A DNA stretch of 64,000 bases. It comes from Desulfurococcales archaeon (GTDB taxonomy: Archaea; Thermoproteota; Thermoprotei_A; Sulfolobales; Acidilobaceae). The notes under the pieces were generated by a model that saw only the letters and a program-made list of their open reading frames with translations, was not told the DNA's origin and did not search any database. Numbering within the stretch: position 1 is the stretch's first letter; every line of letters starts with the position of its first letter. Position numbers and translations under genes: made by a program. Positions 43,995 through 53,697 of this stretch are shown here, piece by piece. Where the stretch lies: assembly GCA_015520195.1 (NCBI GenBank), contig WAQN01000131.1, positions 565 to 64,564 of the forward strand, read 5' to 3'.

Positions 43995-45525
43995 CTAGAC
44001 TCGAAAGGACTGTTGAAGCCGTCCTTAAAGCCTCTGAGAACGGAGTTATAGCGATGAAAAAGAACACACCTAACACAGCTATGAATAGTATAGATCCCTT
44101 AAAGTCATCCAACGACTCGCCAGTACCCTGCTGCTTTAAGGGACCAAAGAATATTCTCCTCATGGTTACAAATGAATATGCAGCCGTGACTCCAAAAGCC
44201 ACTATTACCAGTGAGGATAACAACACAACAGACCCAACACCAGCTAGAGGGACAGCTTTAACGAGCCCGAATGTTATTAGTATCTCACTCCACATGCCCA
44301 GGGCTGGTGGAATACCTACAAGGTGCATGAAGCCTAGTAGGCTTACAGCAGCTATTAAGGGATATCTCCTCGCTAAGCCGCCCATCTTATCTATGGCTCT
44401 TAACCCGTGGAGCTCCGCTATGAATACCCCAGCTACCATGAATAGAACGGCTTTCCCAACAGCATGAGATAAGTAATGGAGCATGGAGCCGCCTATTCCA
44501 TAGGCCGTTAAGGTAAATATGCCTAGTAGCATGTACCCCATCTGACTTACACTCGAATAGGCTAGGAACCTCTTGAAGTCGCTCTGCCTTAAAGCAACGA
44601 GTCCTCCATATATTATAGTTATGAAGGAGAGGGCCACAAACCCCCACTGGTATGTCTCGAATACTGAAGGGAATAGGGGTAGTGCGAATCTAGCCAACGC
44701 ATATCCAGCTATACCTATGAGGTTTGGTGATAGGAGAGCTGATACTGGTGTTGGGGCCTCTGCGTGAGCGTATGGAAGCCACATGTGAACTCCAAATACC
44801 GCCATCTTTATGAATAACCCAATAATTATGAGCCACGCCGCTATCTGGTAGCCTTTCTCTAAGAATGGCGATACATATGCTGGAAGGCCCTCTACTATTT
44901 TTATAACGTCAAACGTCCCCGATTTAAAGCCGTAGTATAGTACACCAGCTAAGAATAAAGCTCCTGCCACGTGGGTCCAGATGAAGTATAGTAGTGCTAT
45001 TCTCCTTCTATCTCCATACCCGTAATAGGCTATTAATGCGAATGATGATAATAGAGATAACTCTAGGAATATATAGAACTCCGCTAGGTTAGTCGAGTAC
45101 GCCATGCCTAGCATGGAAATGGAGAATACGACGTATAACACGTAGTAGACTCCAAAGCTTGGAGGTGGTTCACCTCGGCTACTCATCTCATCTATCCTGT
45201 GAAGCATGTACTTTACACTATATATACTCACGAATCCAGTTACTATCGAGATCCCTATAACTATAGGCGCTGATAGCCCATCTATATAGAGCATGAATCT
45301 GCCCAATCCACGATTCTCCATGTCTATCTGTAACGGGTCAAATACTCCTTCACTGAGGGCACCTGTAATAGCGTAATATGTGGCTATGAACGCTGGTAAT
45401 AGCAGTGTGAAGCCACCCACATATGCTGTTGACCTCACATTTTCAATCCTTACTAAGAGTACTATTAGAGAGACTATGAGTGGGATTATTAGTGTTATCC
45501 ATAGTAATGGATAGTCCATTATCAT
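43981..45525 (-). CDS. nuoM: NADH-quinone oxidoreductase subunit M
   Basis: 514 aa with HMWLPYAHAEAPTPVSALLS and AYSSVSQMGYMLLG. The gene order here is K-M-L-N. Confidence 0.85.
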   Translation of the reverse strand: MIMDYPLLWITLIIPLIVSLIVLLVRIENVRSTAYVGGFTLLLPAFIATYYAITGALSEGVFDPLQIDMENRGLGRFMLYIDGLSAPIVIGISIVTGFVSIYSVKYMLHRIDEMSSRGEPPPSFGVYYVLYVVFSISMLGMAYSTNLAEFYIFLELSLLSSFALIAYYGYGDRRRIALLYFIWTHVAGALFLAGVLYYGFKSGTFDVIKIVEGLPAYVSPFLEKGYQIAAWLIIIGLFIKMAVFGVHMWLPYAHAEAPTPVSALLSPNLIGIAGYALARFALPLFPSVFETYQWGFVALSFITIIYGGLVALRQSDFKRFLAYSSVSQMGYMLLGIFTLTAYGIGGSMLHYLSHAVGKAVLFMVAGVFIAELHGLRAIDKMGGLARRYPLIAAVSLLGFMHLVGIPPALGMWSEILITFGLVKAVPLAGVGSVVLLSSLVIVAFGVTAAYSFVTMRRIFFGPLKQQGTGESLDDFKGSILFIAVLGVFFFIAITPFSEALRTASTVLSSLVGGG

Positions 45526-45529
45526 GAGG

Positions 45530-45850
45530 CTACACCCCTTCTTCCTCCATTATACTTGACTCAAATGTTCTAGAAAACCTATATACTGCCGCTATCACAG
45601 CTACAACCACAATTACCTCTCCCGACACTATACTTATCAGTGCTATCGCCAGTAAAGTTGCGTTTAACGGGCTGAAAGACATTAGTATAACCACCATTAT
45701 CAGTACTGCATTGAATAAAACTTCTATCGATAATAGCTGCCTTACTAAACTCCTAGATGATGCAAATCCGTAGACTCCTATAACTGCCATAGCTATAGCC
45801 GCTATGAACCCCAATTGGCCTAAGATTACATCCTCCATAGCCATTACCAT
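45530..45850 (-). CDS. nuoK: NADH-quinone oxidoreductase subunit K
   Basis: 106 aa, 3 TM, with LLSIEVLFNAVLIM. Confidence 0.85.
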   Translation of the reverse strand: MVMAMEDVILGQLGFIAAIAMAVIGVYGFASSRSLVRQLLSIEVLFNAVLIMVVILMSFSPLNATLLAIALISIVSGEVIVVVAVIAAVYRFSRTFESSIMEEEGV

Positions 45851-46353
45851 TACACCCGTCTCCTGGCTATAGCTATGGCTTCAATCAACGTTGCTGCCAA
45901 GGCAACGAAAATCACAGAAATCACCACTAAATACCTATCCACTATGAGAGAAGCTATCCTGCCTAAGTCAACTGGCGATGTAGGTGATGTATATGCAGCA
46001 TATATACCAGAACTTACAACTATAATTCCTAATGCACCAGCAACTGCTGCCGCTGATATGATTCCCCTCTCTGGCTCCCAGGTCTCTATCGGGGCTCCAC
46101 CCAGCATTGACACCGATACTATTATGAACATGACAGCAGCGCCTACGTATACTATCACTAGGAATGCCGCTATTAGACCGTAGCCCAATAATGCTATGAA
46201 TGCAGCATTAAGGCTACCTAATATTGCAAGCGCGCCACTAGCATAAACTAGGTCTTTGGCTTTAATGACATAATATGATGCTACTATCATTGATGCCACA
46301 AGAAGTGAGGAGGCTAGTAGCATCAGTTGTTGCTCAGGCATTTCATTGTTCAC
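45850..46353 (-). CDS. nuoJ: NADH-quinone oxidoreductase subunit J
   Basis: 167 aa, 5 TM, positioned between nuoI and nuoK. Confidence 0.8.
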   Translation of the reverse strand: MNNEMPEQQLMLLASSLLVASMIVASYYVIKAKDLVYASGALAILGSLNAAFIALLGYGLIAAFLVIVYVGAAVMFIIVSVSMLGGAPIETWEPERGIISAAAVAGALGIIVVSSGIYAAYTSPTSPVDLGRIASLIVDRYLVVISVIFVALAATLIEAIAIARRRV

Positions 46354-46894
46354 CTTCTTGAGCTTTAACCTTCACCAGCCCCCTTTCCTCGTCTACAATA
46401 TACTTGACTGGCATTCCCTCTGATGCTGTGGGATAGTCTGGTGGTTTAGTGAACGTCTCTAGGTCCCAGTCCATCTCTGCTAGATTCTCGTATACTATAT
46501 CGTGGTAAGGTACGTGGTATAAGGCTTCAGTCGGGCATACATCTACACAATAGCCGCAGAATATACATCTTTGATAGTTGATCACTGGCCATAACTTTAT
46601 CTTAGTCTTGCCTGGATGCCTGGGATCCGGTTCTGGCAATTTAATCATCTTCATTGCAGCCGCAGGGCATATACGAGCGCATGACGAACAGTTTATGCAT
46701 TTCTTTTTTTCCAGTACTATGAAGCCTCTATAGCCTGGATCTAGCTTTATGTACTCGTTTGGGTAGATTAAGGTGAATCTCTTAGGGTCTATGAGGTATT
46801 TTACACCCAACGATATAGCAGCTATGTTACCCTTGAATCCCTCAAATAACCCTCTCCTCTTGGGTAGGGCCTTAGCCACTGGCCGTGCGGGCAC
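46343..46894 (-). CDS. nuoI: NADH-quinone oxidoreductase subunit I (2x[4Fe-4S])
   Basis: CINCSSCARICP and CIFCGYCVDVCP ferredoxin motifs. Confidence 0.9.
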   Translation of the reverse strand: MPARPVAKALPKRRGLFEGFKGNIAAISLGVKYLIDPKRFTLIYPNEYIKLDPGYRGFIVLEKKKCINCSSCARICPAAAMKMIKLPEPDPRHPGKTKIKLWPVINYQRCIFCGYCVDVCPTEALYHVPYHDIVYENLAEMDWDLETFTKPPDYPTASEGMPVKYIVDEERGLVKVKAQEGEQ

Positions 46895-46973
46895 CTTAAT
46901 ACACCACCATCCAATTTTATTATATCGTTAATACATTCATGTGCTAACATCATGAATATGTATTAAAAAATAC

Positions 46974-47999
46974 TTAGGTTAAGCCTAAATAGGCTTCTAT
47001 AATGCCTATACCAAAGCCTATCAGGGCCATTGGGAACACCAGCCTCCAAGCCCCCTGAAGTGCTTGATCAAGCCTATACCTACCGTATACTGATCTTAGA
47101 AAGCTGAACACCATCATCAGGATGAAGGCTTTTATGATAACAACGATTGAGGGTAGGAGATAACCATATAGTATGCCTTCACCTGGAGTCAACGGGCTCC
47201 AGCCGCCTAGGAACGCGACTGCTAATATAATTGAGAATGCAAACCTCTTCATATACGCCGCACCCATGTTGAGGCCATATAGGATCCCACTATACTCCGT
47301 GAATGGGCCAGCTACAACCTCATTCTCCGATTCTGGTATCTCGAAGGGGAATCCTGAGGTTGACATTAGAACCGCTAGGAAGGCCGCCATGAAGGCTATT
47401 GGATTCAGTATTATGAACCACGCAGTATTCATCTGCGCATTAACTATATCTATGAAGTTGAATGAGAGTGTAGCTGCTGACACTGATAATATGCTTAGGA
47501 TGGCTATTAACTCATAGGCCGTTATTATAAAAGCCTCTCTTACACCTCCTATTATAGAGAACTTGTTGTTACTCGCCCAGCCAGCTAATACCAGGAATAT
47601 AGGGGATACTGTTGATATCGCTAGAGCTACTAACACACTGTAATCCATTGGTATTGGCCAGTAATCGGGGATAGAAGTGAATGGGACTACAGCTATTGGT
47701 AGTATAGATAAGACCGTTGCGATAATTGGGGCAGTGATGAACACACCCCTGTCGACTGTTCTAGGAATTATTATCTCTTGGAATGCGTATCTCAACAAGT
47801 CTGCTAGTAGCTGTGGCATGCCTGCGAGTTTTGGGGCTACATGATAGGGTCCTAGCCTTCTTTGAACCCTTGCAGTAGCCTTCCTCTCAAACCATAATAT
47901 TATGATCACTACACCCAAGGTTACTATGAGGCCAACTATTACGAGCTGGTATATGGGGGGATAGAATACTATAGATGCTAGGACTTCTACGAGTGACAT
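46974..47999 (-). CDS. nuoH: NADH-quinone oxidoreductase subunit H
   Basis: ERKATARVQRRLGPYHV...QLLADLLR, 8 TM, EYSG-type segment FTEYSGILYG. Confidence 0.9.
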   Translation of the reverse strand: MSLVEVLASIVFYPPIYQLVIVGLIVTLGVVIIILWFERKATARVQRRLGPYHVAPKLAGMPQLLADLLRYAFQEIIIPRTVDRGVFITAPIIATVLSILPIAVVPFTSIPDYWPIPMDYSVLVALAISTVSPIFLVLAGWASNNKFSIIGGVREAFIITAYELIAILSILSVSAATLSFNFIDIVNAQMNTAWFIILNPIAFMAAFLAVLMSTSGFPFEIPESENEVVAGPFTEYSGILYGLNMGAAYMKRFAFSIILAVAFLGGWSPLTPGEGILYGYLLPSIVVIIKAFILMMVFSFLRSVYGRYRLDQALQGAWRLVFPMALIGFGIGIIEAYLGLT

Positions 48000-48005
48000 G
48001 ACGCC

Positions 48006-49277
48006 TCACCTATCGGCTTCTGGAGGGAAATAGTCTATACTACCATATATGGTTGGGAGATCCATGACCCTATGACCAGGGACCACGTACTTGAATACAA
48101 TAGCGTTCCTAGCTGATGGCGAGACTATTCTAACCCTGTAGGGTATAGAATCACCAGTACTCTCTACGTAGTACACTATCTCGCCCCTCGCCGTCTCACC
48201 GCGAGCAAATGCCTTCCCGGGAGGAATCTTCATTGTAGCCATCATTGGTAGAAGCTTTACTCTACCCTCCTTTTCGAAGACCTTCTTCCAGAGTGGAGGT
48301 GACTTAGCCCAGAATTTATCGTGTATTGGAGCTTCAGAAGTGTGGCTCTCTAGCCAGTCAACTGCCTGCTCTATTATCCTGAGGCTTTGCTTTATCTCCT
48401 CCACCTTAACCCATGCCCGGGCAAGAGCGTCTCCCTCCTCGAAAACGGGTATTTCGAAGTCAACTTCATCATAGGCGTCGTAGGGGTCATTATATCTGGC
48501 ATCATATTTGATACCACTGGCTCTAGCCACTGGCCCTACAACGCCCAACTCTGCTGCAAGTTTCTTTGGTATATAACCTACACCCTCCATACGAGCCTTC
48601 ATCACAGGGTTATCTAGAAATATCTTCCTATACTCCTCAAGCCTCCTACGCATGTATCTAGCAGCCTTTCTGGCCGCCTGGGGAAAGTCTTGTGGCATAT
48701 CTCTCCTAGCACCTCCTGGTATTGGGTAGCTATGGGTTAGCCTGGCACCCGTCAGCTTCTCTGCTAGCTCAACCATCACTTCCCTATCAGCAAACGCCCA
48801 CATGTACATAGTCGAGTGTCCTATGAATACGCCAAAAATCCCAAACCCGTATAAATGAGCTGCTATCCTATTTATCTCACATAAGAGCGACCTCAGGTAC
48901 TTAGCCCTCTGGGGAGGTTCTATATCAAGTATCTTCTCAAGGGCTAGCACATAGGGTACCGTTACATTACATGCATCTTGGATAGCCATTCTCTCGAATA
49001 GCGGGATATTCTTTATGTACTGCCTGATCTCGCCAAGCTTCTCCATTGTCCTATGGACATAACCCATATCAGGGTCAGCTTCTACTATAACATCACCATC
49101 CACCCTAATTATTATCCTCATATGGCCAGAGCCCGGATGCTGCGGGCCAATGAATACTTCATATAGGTCCTTCTCAATCTTTCTAACCTCAGTGCCTGGT
49201 ATTTTTAAGTCGGACTCCCTCTTAGGCCCTCCAATTACACTAACACTCATAATTACCCCCTCACGCCTCATTATCAT
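48006..49277 (-). CDS. nuoD: NADH-quinone oxidoreductase subunit D
   Basis: IGPQHPGSGHMRIIIRVDGDVIVEADPDMGYVHRTMEK, with a C-terminus ending FPPEADR. Confidence 0.92.
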   Translation of the reverse strand: MIMRREGVIMSVSVIGGPKRESDLKIPGTEVRKIEKDLYEVFIGPQHPGSGHMRIIIRVDGDVIVEADPDMGYVHRTMEKLGEIRQYIKNIPLFERMAIQDACNVTVPYVLALEKILDIEPPQRAKYLRSLLCEINRIAAHLYGFGIFGVFIGHSTMYMWAFADREVMVELAEKLTGARLTHSYPIPGGARRDMPQDFPQAARKAARYMRRRLEEYRKIFLDNPVMKARMEGVGYIPKKLAAELGVVGPVARASGIKYDARYNDPYDAYDEVDFEIPVFEEGDALARAWVKVEEIKQSLRIIEQAVDWLESHTSEAPIHDKFWAKSPPLWKKVFEKEGRVKLLPMMATMKIPPGKAFARGETARGEIVYYVESTGDSIPYRVRIVSPSARNAIVFKYVVPGHRVMDLPTIYGSIDYFPPEADR

Positions 49278-49786
49278 GACTTAAATATAGGCTCCTCCTT
49301 CACAATGAAGTCTTTAGTTAGCGGCTTGAGGTCCGCTATATCTGGTACGAGCAACAGGGGTCTGAGATCTGGGTGTCCTTCGAAGTGGATACCGAAGAAC
49401 TCGTATACTTCTCTCTCCTGAAACTCGACGCTAGTCCAAATATCAGAAAGACTAGGCATTCTAGGATTATTCCTGTCTATTTCCACCGTCAATGACACTA
49501 TTATCCTGGATAGCTCCTCGTCTAGATAACTAGACGCCATATACATTACTTCGAATACACCTTTCTTCTTATAGTCAGTTACTGTTAGGCTCTTCACATG
49601 ATCGAATCCCATGTTTTTGAGTTTCACTGCTGCTTCTCTCAACCTGTTTAGAGGCACCTTAATACTAATGTACCCCTTGCCTTCTTCCACACTCTTAACT
49701 AGATCTCCAAGTTCCTTCTTCACTTTCTCTATTACAACTCTAACCATTTCTTCACTTAACTTCATGAATCTTAGCCCCTCCACCAT
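49274..49786 (-). CDS. nuoC: NADH-quinone oxidoreductase subunit C
   Basis: FQEREVYEFFGIHFEGHPDLRPLLL. Confidence 0.9.
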   Translation of the reverse strand: MVEGLRFMKLSEEMVRVVIEKVKKELGDLVKSVEEGKGYISIKVPLNRLREAAVKLKNMGFDHVKSLTVTDYKKKGVFEVMYMASSYLDEELSRIIVSLTVEIDRNNPRMPSLSDIWTSVEFQEREVYEFFGIHFEGHPDLRPLLLVPDIADLKPLTKDFIVKEEPIFKS

Positions 49787-50394
49787 GAGCAGACGTCCTG
49801 CTTAGGGGCAACCAAGGGTTTGTCTGGTCTAACCCCTTCTTCCACCCATTTACTAGCTATTCCCTTACTCCTAATACTCCTCTGCAAGTCGACTATGGCT
49901 CTGGCAACGCTTTCAGGCCTGGGAGGGCATCCTGGTATATATACGTCGATGGGTATTATCTCCCATGGCCTGACTATGTTATAACTGTTGTAGAATATGC
50001 CTCCATCGAGGGCACAAGCCCCCATGGCTATGGCAAATTTGGGTGCAGGCATCTGGTCCCAAGTAACTTTTACTGCACAAGCCATCTTTCTGGTGACCGT
50101 ACCCTCTATTATTATAAGGTTAGTTTGTCTTGGCCCAACCCATGGCAGGGCTCCAAACTGCTCTCCATCGAACCTAGGACTCCATGCAGCTGCAAACTCG
50201 CACCCACAACAGCTCGTCGTTAGGTGTACAGGCCATAGGCTGAATGACGTAGCCCAATCCACCGCCTTGCCCAGCTTTAGCCTCCCTATTAATAACTGCT
50301 TAGCCCTCTTGGCAGTTTCATCTAGATTACCGACATACACTTTCCCTTGCTCCTTAGCCTTTACTCCCTCAATAGCCATTTTCACCACCTCCAC
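49771..50394 (-). CDS. nuoB: NADH-quinone oxidoreductase subunit B
   Basis: SCCGCEF, GPRQTNLIIIEGTVTRKMA, AMGACA, IPGCPPRPE (N2 cluster ligands). Confidence 0.93.
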   Translation of the reverse strand: MEVVKMAIEGVKAKEQGKVYVGNLDETAKRAKQLLIGRLKLGKAVDWATSFSLWPVHLTTSCCGCEFAAAWSPRFDGEQFGALPWVGPRQTNLIIIEGTVTRKMACAVKVTWDQMPAPKFAIAMGACALDGGIFYNSYNIVRPWEIIPIDVYIPGCPPRPESVARAIVDLQRSIRSKGIASKWVEEGVRPDKPLVAPKQDVCSWWRG

Positions 50395-50396
50395 TC

Positions 50397-50819
50397 CTAA
50401 TCTATCATCCAGGCTTCAATGCGCCTGGCTTCTTTCACCGCGTATAATAGTAATGGAGTATAAACAGCTATGAATACTCCGTATAGATATAGTAGCTTCC
50501 CCGTGAGCGCTTGTGGTACCGTGAGCGCTATAGCTAGTAGGATGATTGCAGGCTCAACGGCTAAAAATATGACTAGGAAACCGAAGTACTGCATTGAAAC
50601 CTTGCTTTTAGCCTCACCCTTCATGGGGTTTCCAGCCTCATATCTTAGCTCCTTGTATTTCTCTAGGGAAGCAACGTCCCTGCTAGTAGCCGTTACTATT
50701 CTTAGAAACATTATCGCCATTAACAACATTAGAACTAGCAGTAACGGTATGATCACGAGCGATAGCGTCGATCTCACGAATGGATCGCTCCAGTCGAGCG
50801 GCAATTTACACACCGTCAA
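50397..50819 (-). CDS. nuoA: NADH-quinone oxidoreductase subunit A
   Basis: 140 aa, 3 TM, with YEAGNPMKGEA...QYFGFLVIFLAVEPAIILL. Confidence 0.85.
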   Translation of the reverse strand: MTVCKLPLDWSDPFVRSTLSLVIIPLLLVLMLLMAIMFLRIVTATSRDVASLEKYKELRYEAGNPMKGEAKSKVSMQYFGFLVIFLAVEPAIILLAIALTVPQALTGKLLYLYGVFIAVYTPLLLYAVKEARRIEAWMID

Positions 50820-50887
50820 TGACTTGAATATGAGAGAGGATTATAATAGTGATATGGTGGTCTAGTATTTATATAGGGTCTAAATGA

Positions 50888-50919
50888 CTAAATATATCCA
50901 TATTAATTCATATATTTAG
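50888..50919. repeat. Perfect 10-bp inverted repeat CTAAATATAT-N12-ATATATTTAG upstream of nuoA
   Basis: The arms are at 50888-50897 and 50910-50919. The element sits 69-100 nt upstream of the nuoA start (50819, minus) and about 100 nt downstream of the EF-2 stop (51016). Confidence 0.5.
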
Positions 50920-51015
50920 ATTTTCAAAGTGTATCATGAAACGGTTAGAGACTATATTGAATAAATTCTTTAAAAGAGCCGTAGTATTTAATTTAGGCTA
51001 GTTGCAATGCTGTTG

Positions 51016-53229
51016 TTAGGGGCCTATGAGATCCTGCAATTTAGGTGGGCTAGGTGGAAGACCCTTTCTACCCCTTATACTCTTAATTAGGCCTTCCAGC
51101 ATAGCATCTGGTACTGGAGCCCATCTACTAAACTCTACTCCCCAGAATGCTCTACCAGCAGTTGCACTTCTCAATTCTGCGGCTAAGTCAAAGCTCTCTG
51201 ATACTGGTATCTCCGCTATAACTCTGGCTGCTGGTCCCTGGCTCAATACTTCTAGTATCCTGCCTCTCTTTTTAGCTAGTATTGATGCTATGTTGCTTAC
51301 ATACTCCATTGGAGTCCTTATGTCTAGTTTCTGTAGTGGCTCTAGTAGTGTCGGTTTCGCCGTTATTATCCCTGCCCATATAGCGTTTCTCACTGCTGGG
51401 TATATCTGTCCAGGCCCTCTGTGTACTGGGTCCTCGTGTATAACTGCATCGTGCAATAATACTTTGACTCCCCTAACAGGCTCTGCCGCCAATGGTCCCT
51501 CTTTCATTGCTAGTCTGAATGCCGCTAGTATGGTGTCTTTAACCTCTCTTAGATGCTGCACGCCAGCTGTCTTATCGACGAATACGTTTATGTTCTCGTC
51601 TACAGCCCAGATCTTTCTGGCTTCATCATAATCCCATCCCGCTTGGTCTCTGAGGATCTTAGCTCTATCCCTGAAGTCCTGGTCCTCTGTTACCATCCCC
51701 TTCTGTATGAGCTCTATAGTCTCCTGGTTGAGGGGGGCTACGCTTATATAGAATTTGTTATGCTTGTTGGGGCTCTTACCTTCAAACACCTCGCTTTCAG
51801 CTCTAACAGTCTCTCTGTAAACTACTATTGGTGGGCTCGCTTTTACTTCTATATTGTACTTCTCCTTCAATAATGTTAGTGCTATTTCTAGGTGTAGAGG
51901 GCCCATGCCTGAGATTAGATATTCTCCTGTCTCCTCATTTATCTTTATAACCAAGTTAGGATCCTCTATTGTCATCTTTCTTAAGGCCTCAATCATCTTA
52001 GGTAGGTCCTGGATCTTCGTCGGCTCAACAGCTATTGTAACTACTGGCTCGCTAACATATCTCAGCTGCTCGAAGGGTGCAGCCTGGTCTATATGGCTGG
52101 TATCTACTATAGTCTCGCCAGCCCTTAAATCCTCTATACCCATTATAGCCCCTATGTTACCTGCTGGTATGGCTTTTGTCACCTCCCTGAAGGGCCCCAT
52201 ATAGAGGCTCACCTGTAGTATTCGTCCCTTCCTACCAGCTGTTACCAAGTAGACTTCTCTTCCAGCTTCTAAAGTCCCAGAGAACACTCTCCCCGTGGCT
52301 ACAAGCCCTGTCTTCTCGACTCTAATGTCGTTAACGAAGAACACCAGAGGCCCATTAGGGTCTACTTCAAGCATTGCTTTTCCTATCTCAGAGCCTAGAT
52401 CCCCTTTCCATATCTTCGGGATCCTGTACCTCTGCGCTTCTCTTGGATTTGGTACAAATCTAACTACCATATCCAACAATGTCTCATGTAGGGGCATCTT
52501 CTTTGCAAGTTGGGCTATTGCATCCTTGCTCCCAGAATCGTACGCCTTTATTATCTCCTGGAATGTAACTCCTTTCTTCTTAACCATGGGTATGCTTATA
52601 CCCCATCTATCCTTAGCACTGCCAAAGGCGACTGTACCCTCGGCTGGATTTAGCTTCCATTTCTTCTTGAAGTCTGGTTCCGCATACAGGTCTATTAGGT
52701 TATTGACCTCTCTTATTATCTCTACAAATCTCTCCTGTATTTTCTCAGCCGATAGTTTGAGCTCTTTTATCAGTCTATCTACTTTATTAATAAATAGTAT
52801 GGGCCTAACCCTCTCCTCTAAAGCCTGACGTATGACGGTCTCAGTCTGGGTCATAACGCCTTCAACGGCGTCCACAACTACTATAGCGCCATCAAGGACC
52901 CTTAGACTCCTCGTTACCTTACCTGAGAAGTCTACGTGGCCTGGCGTGTCTATTAGGTTGATAACGTAAGGTTTACCCTCATATTCGTGGTATAAGCTTA
53001 TGTTGGCTGACTTAACAGTTATACCCCTCTGCTTTTCCACCGTAAGGTAATCGAGCACAAGAGCCTCTCCAGCTATCCTCTCAGATATGATCCCGGCAGC
53101 AGCTAGTAGAGAGTCACTTGTGGTCGTCTTACCATGATCCACGTGGGCTATAATGCCTATATTCCTGATCTGGTCAATGTTACTCATAATCTTCTCCACT
53201 TCAGAGACTACCTTAACCCTTGCTCCCAT
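51016..53229 (-). CDS. fusA: Translation elongation factor 2
   Basis: [22 protein letters not shown], and a diphthamide-loop region [11 protein letters not shown]. Confidence 0.97.
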   Translation of the reverse strand: MGARVKVVSEVEKIMSNIDQIRNIGIIAHVDHGKTTTSDSLLAAAGIISERIAGEALVLDYLTVEKQRGITVKSANISLYHEYEGKPYVINLIDTPGHVDFSGKVTRSLRVLDGAIVVVDAVEGVMTQTETVIRQALEERVRPILFINKVDRLIKELKLSAEKIQERFVEIIREVNNLIDLYAEPDFKKKWKLNPAEGTVAFGSAKDRWGISIPMVKKKGVTFQEIIKAYDSGSKDAIAQLAKKMPLHETLLDMVVRFVPNPREAQRYRIPKIWKGDLGSEIGKAMLEVDPNGPLVFFVNDIRVEKTGLVATGRVFSGTLEAGREVYLVTAGRKGRILQVSLYMGPFREVTKAIPAGNIGAIMGIEDLRAGETIVDTSHIDQAAPFEQLRYVSEPVVTIAVEPTKIQDLPKMIEALRKMTIEDPNLVIKINEETGEYLISGMGPLHLEIALTLLKEKYNIEVKASPPIVVYRETVRAESEVFEGKSPNKHNKFYISVAPLNQETIELIQKGMVTEDQDFRDRAKILRDQAGWDYDEARKIWAVDENINVFVDKTAGVQHLREVKDTILAAFRLAMKEGPLAAEPVRGVKVLLHDAVIHEDPVHRGPGQIYPAVRNAIWAGIITAKPTLLEPLQKLDIRTPMEYVSNIASILAKKRGRILEVLSQGPAARVIAEIPVSESFDLAAELRSATAGRAFWGVEFSRWAPVPDAMLEGLIKSIRGRKGLPPSPPKLQDLIGP

Positions 53230-53343
53230 ATCTCAGCACCCTGACACCCTTCCTAAACTCTGTAACAGCACCCAGTTGAGTGAGCGTGATTTTAGGGTTT
53301 ATAAAACACAGCGTACCATACAACCAGACAACTGGTACTGCTT

Positions 53344-53697
53344 CTACCGCTTAACCACTAGGGATGAGATACTGTATGCTAGTAGCATTGAGACTAGTAA
53401 TCCCAAAAGCAAGGGTATAATATATAGTGCTACATCGGGGATTCCAGCTATCTCTGATAATAACTTGATAACCTTACGACCGCTTCCTTCAGATAGCAGG
53501 ATGAAGCCAGCTACATACCATGATGCTATCCCCGAGGCTGCTGCTATCACAGAGTGCTTAGGCTGCATAGCTACGCTAGCTACTAGCCCAGATACTAGAA
53601 ATGCTACAAGGGGTTCTCCCGTAAAGTACCCACTAGCAGGCGCCGCTATGATAGCTAGTATTATAGCTTGTATAAGCCTGCCCATCTTTCTAGTCAA
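53344..53697 (-). CDS. Small membrane protein, hypothetical
   Basis: 117 aa with 3-4 TM segments. Its start overlaps the penicillin-acylase-family gene stop by 4 nt (ATGA-type coupling). Confidence 0.45.
   Translation of the reverse strand: MTRKMGRLIQAIILAIIAAPASGYFTGEPLVAFLVSGLVASVAMQPKHSVIAAASGIASWYVAGFILLSEGSGRKVIKLLSEIAGIPDVALYIIPLLLGLLVSMLLAYSISSLVVKR

Noticed and set aside
40467-50819. The nuo operon lacks nuoE, nuoF and nuoG and has gene order K-M-L-N: a possible novel respiratory module
   Set aside because: The 11-subunit complex without the NADH-dehydrogenase module is the normal archaeal form. The subunit motifs are canonical and the M/L order swap is a minor rearrangement. Ordinary.
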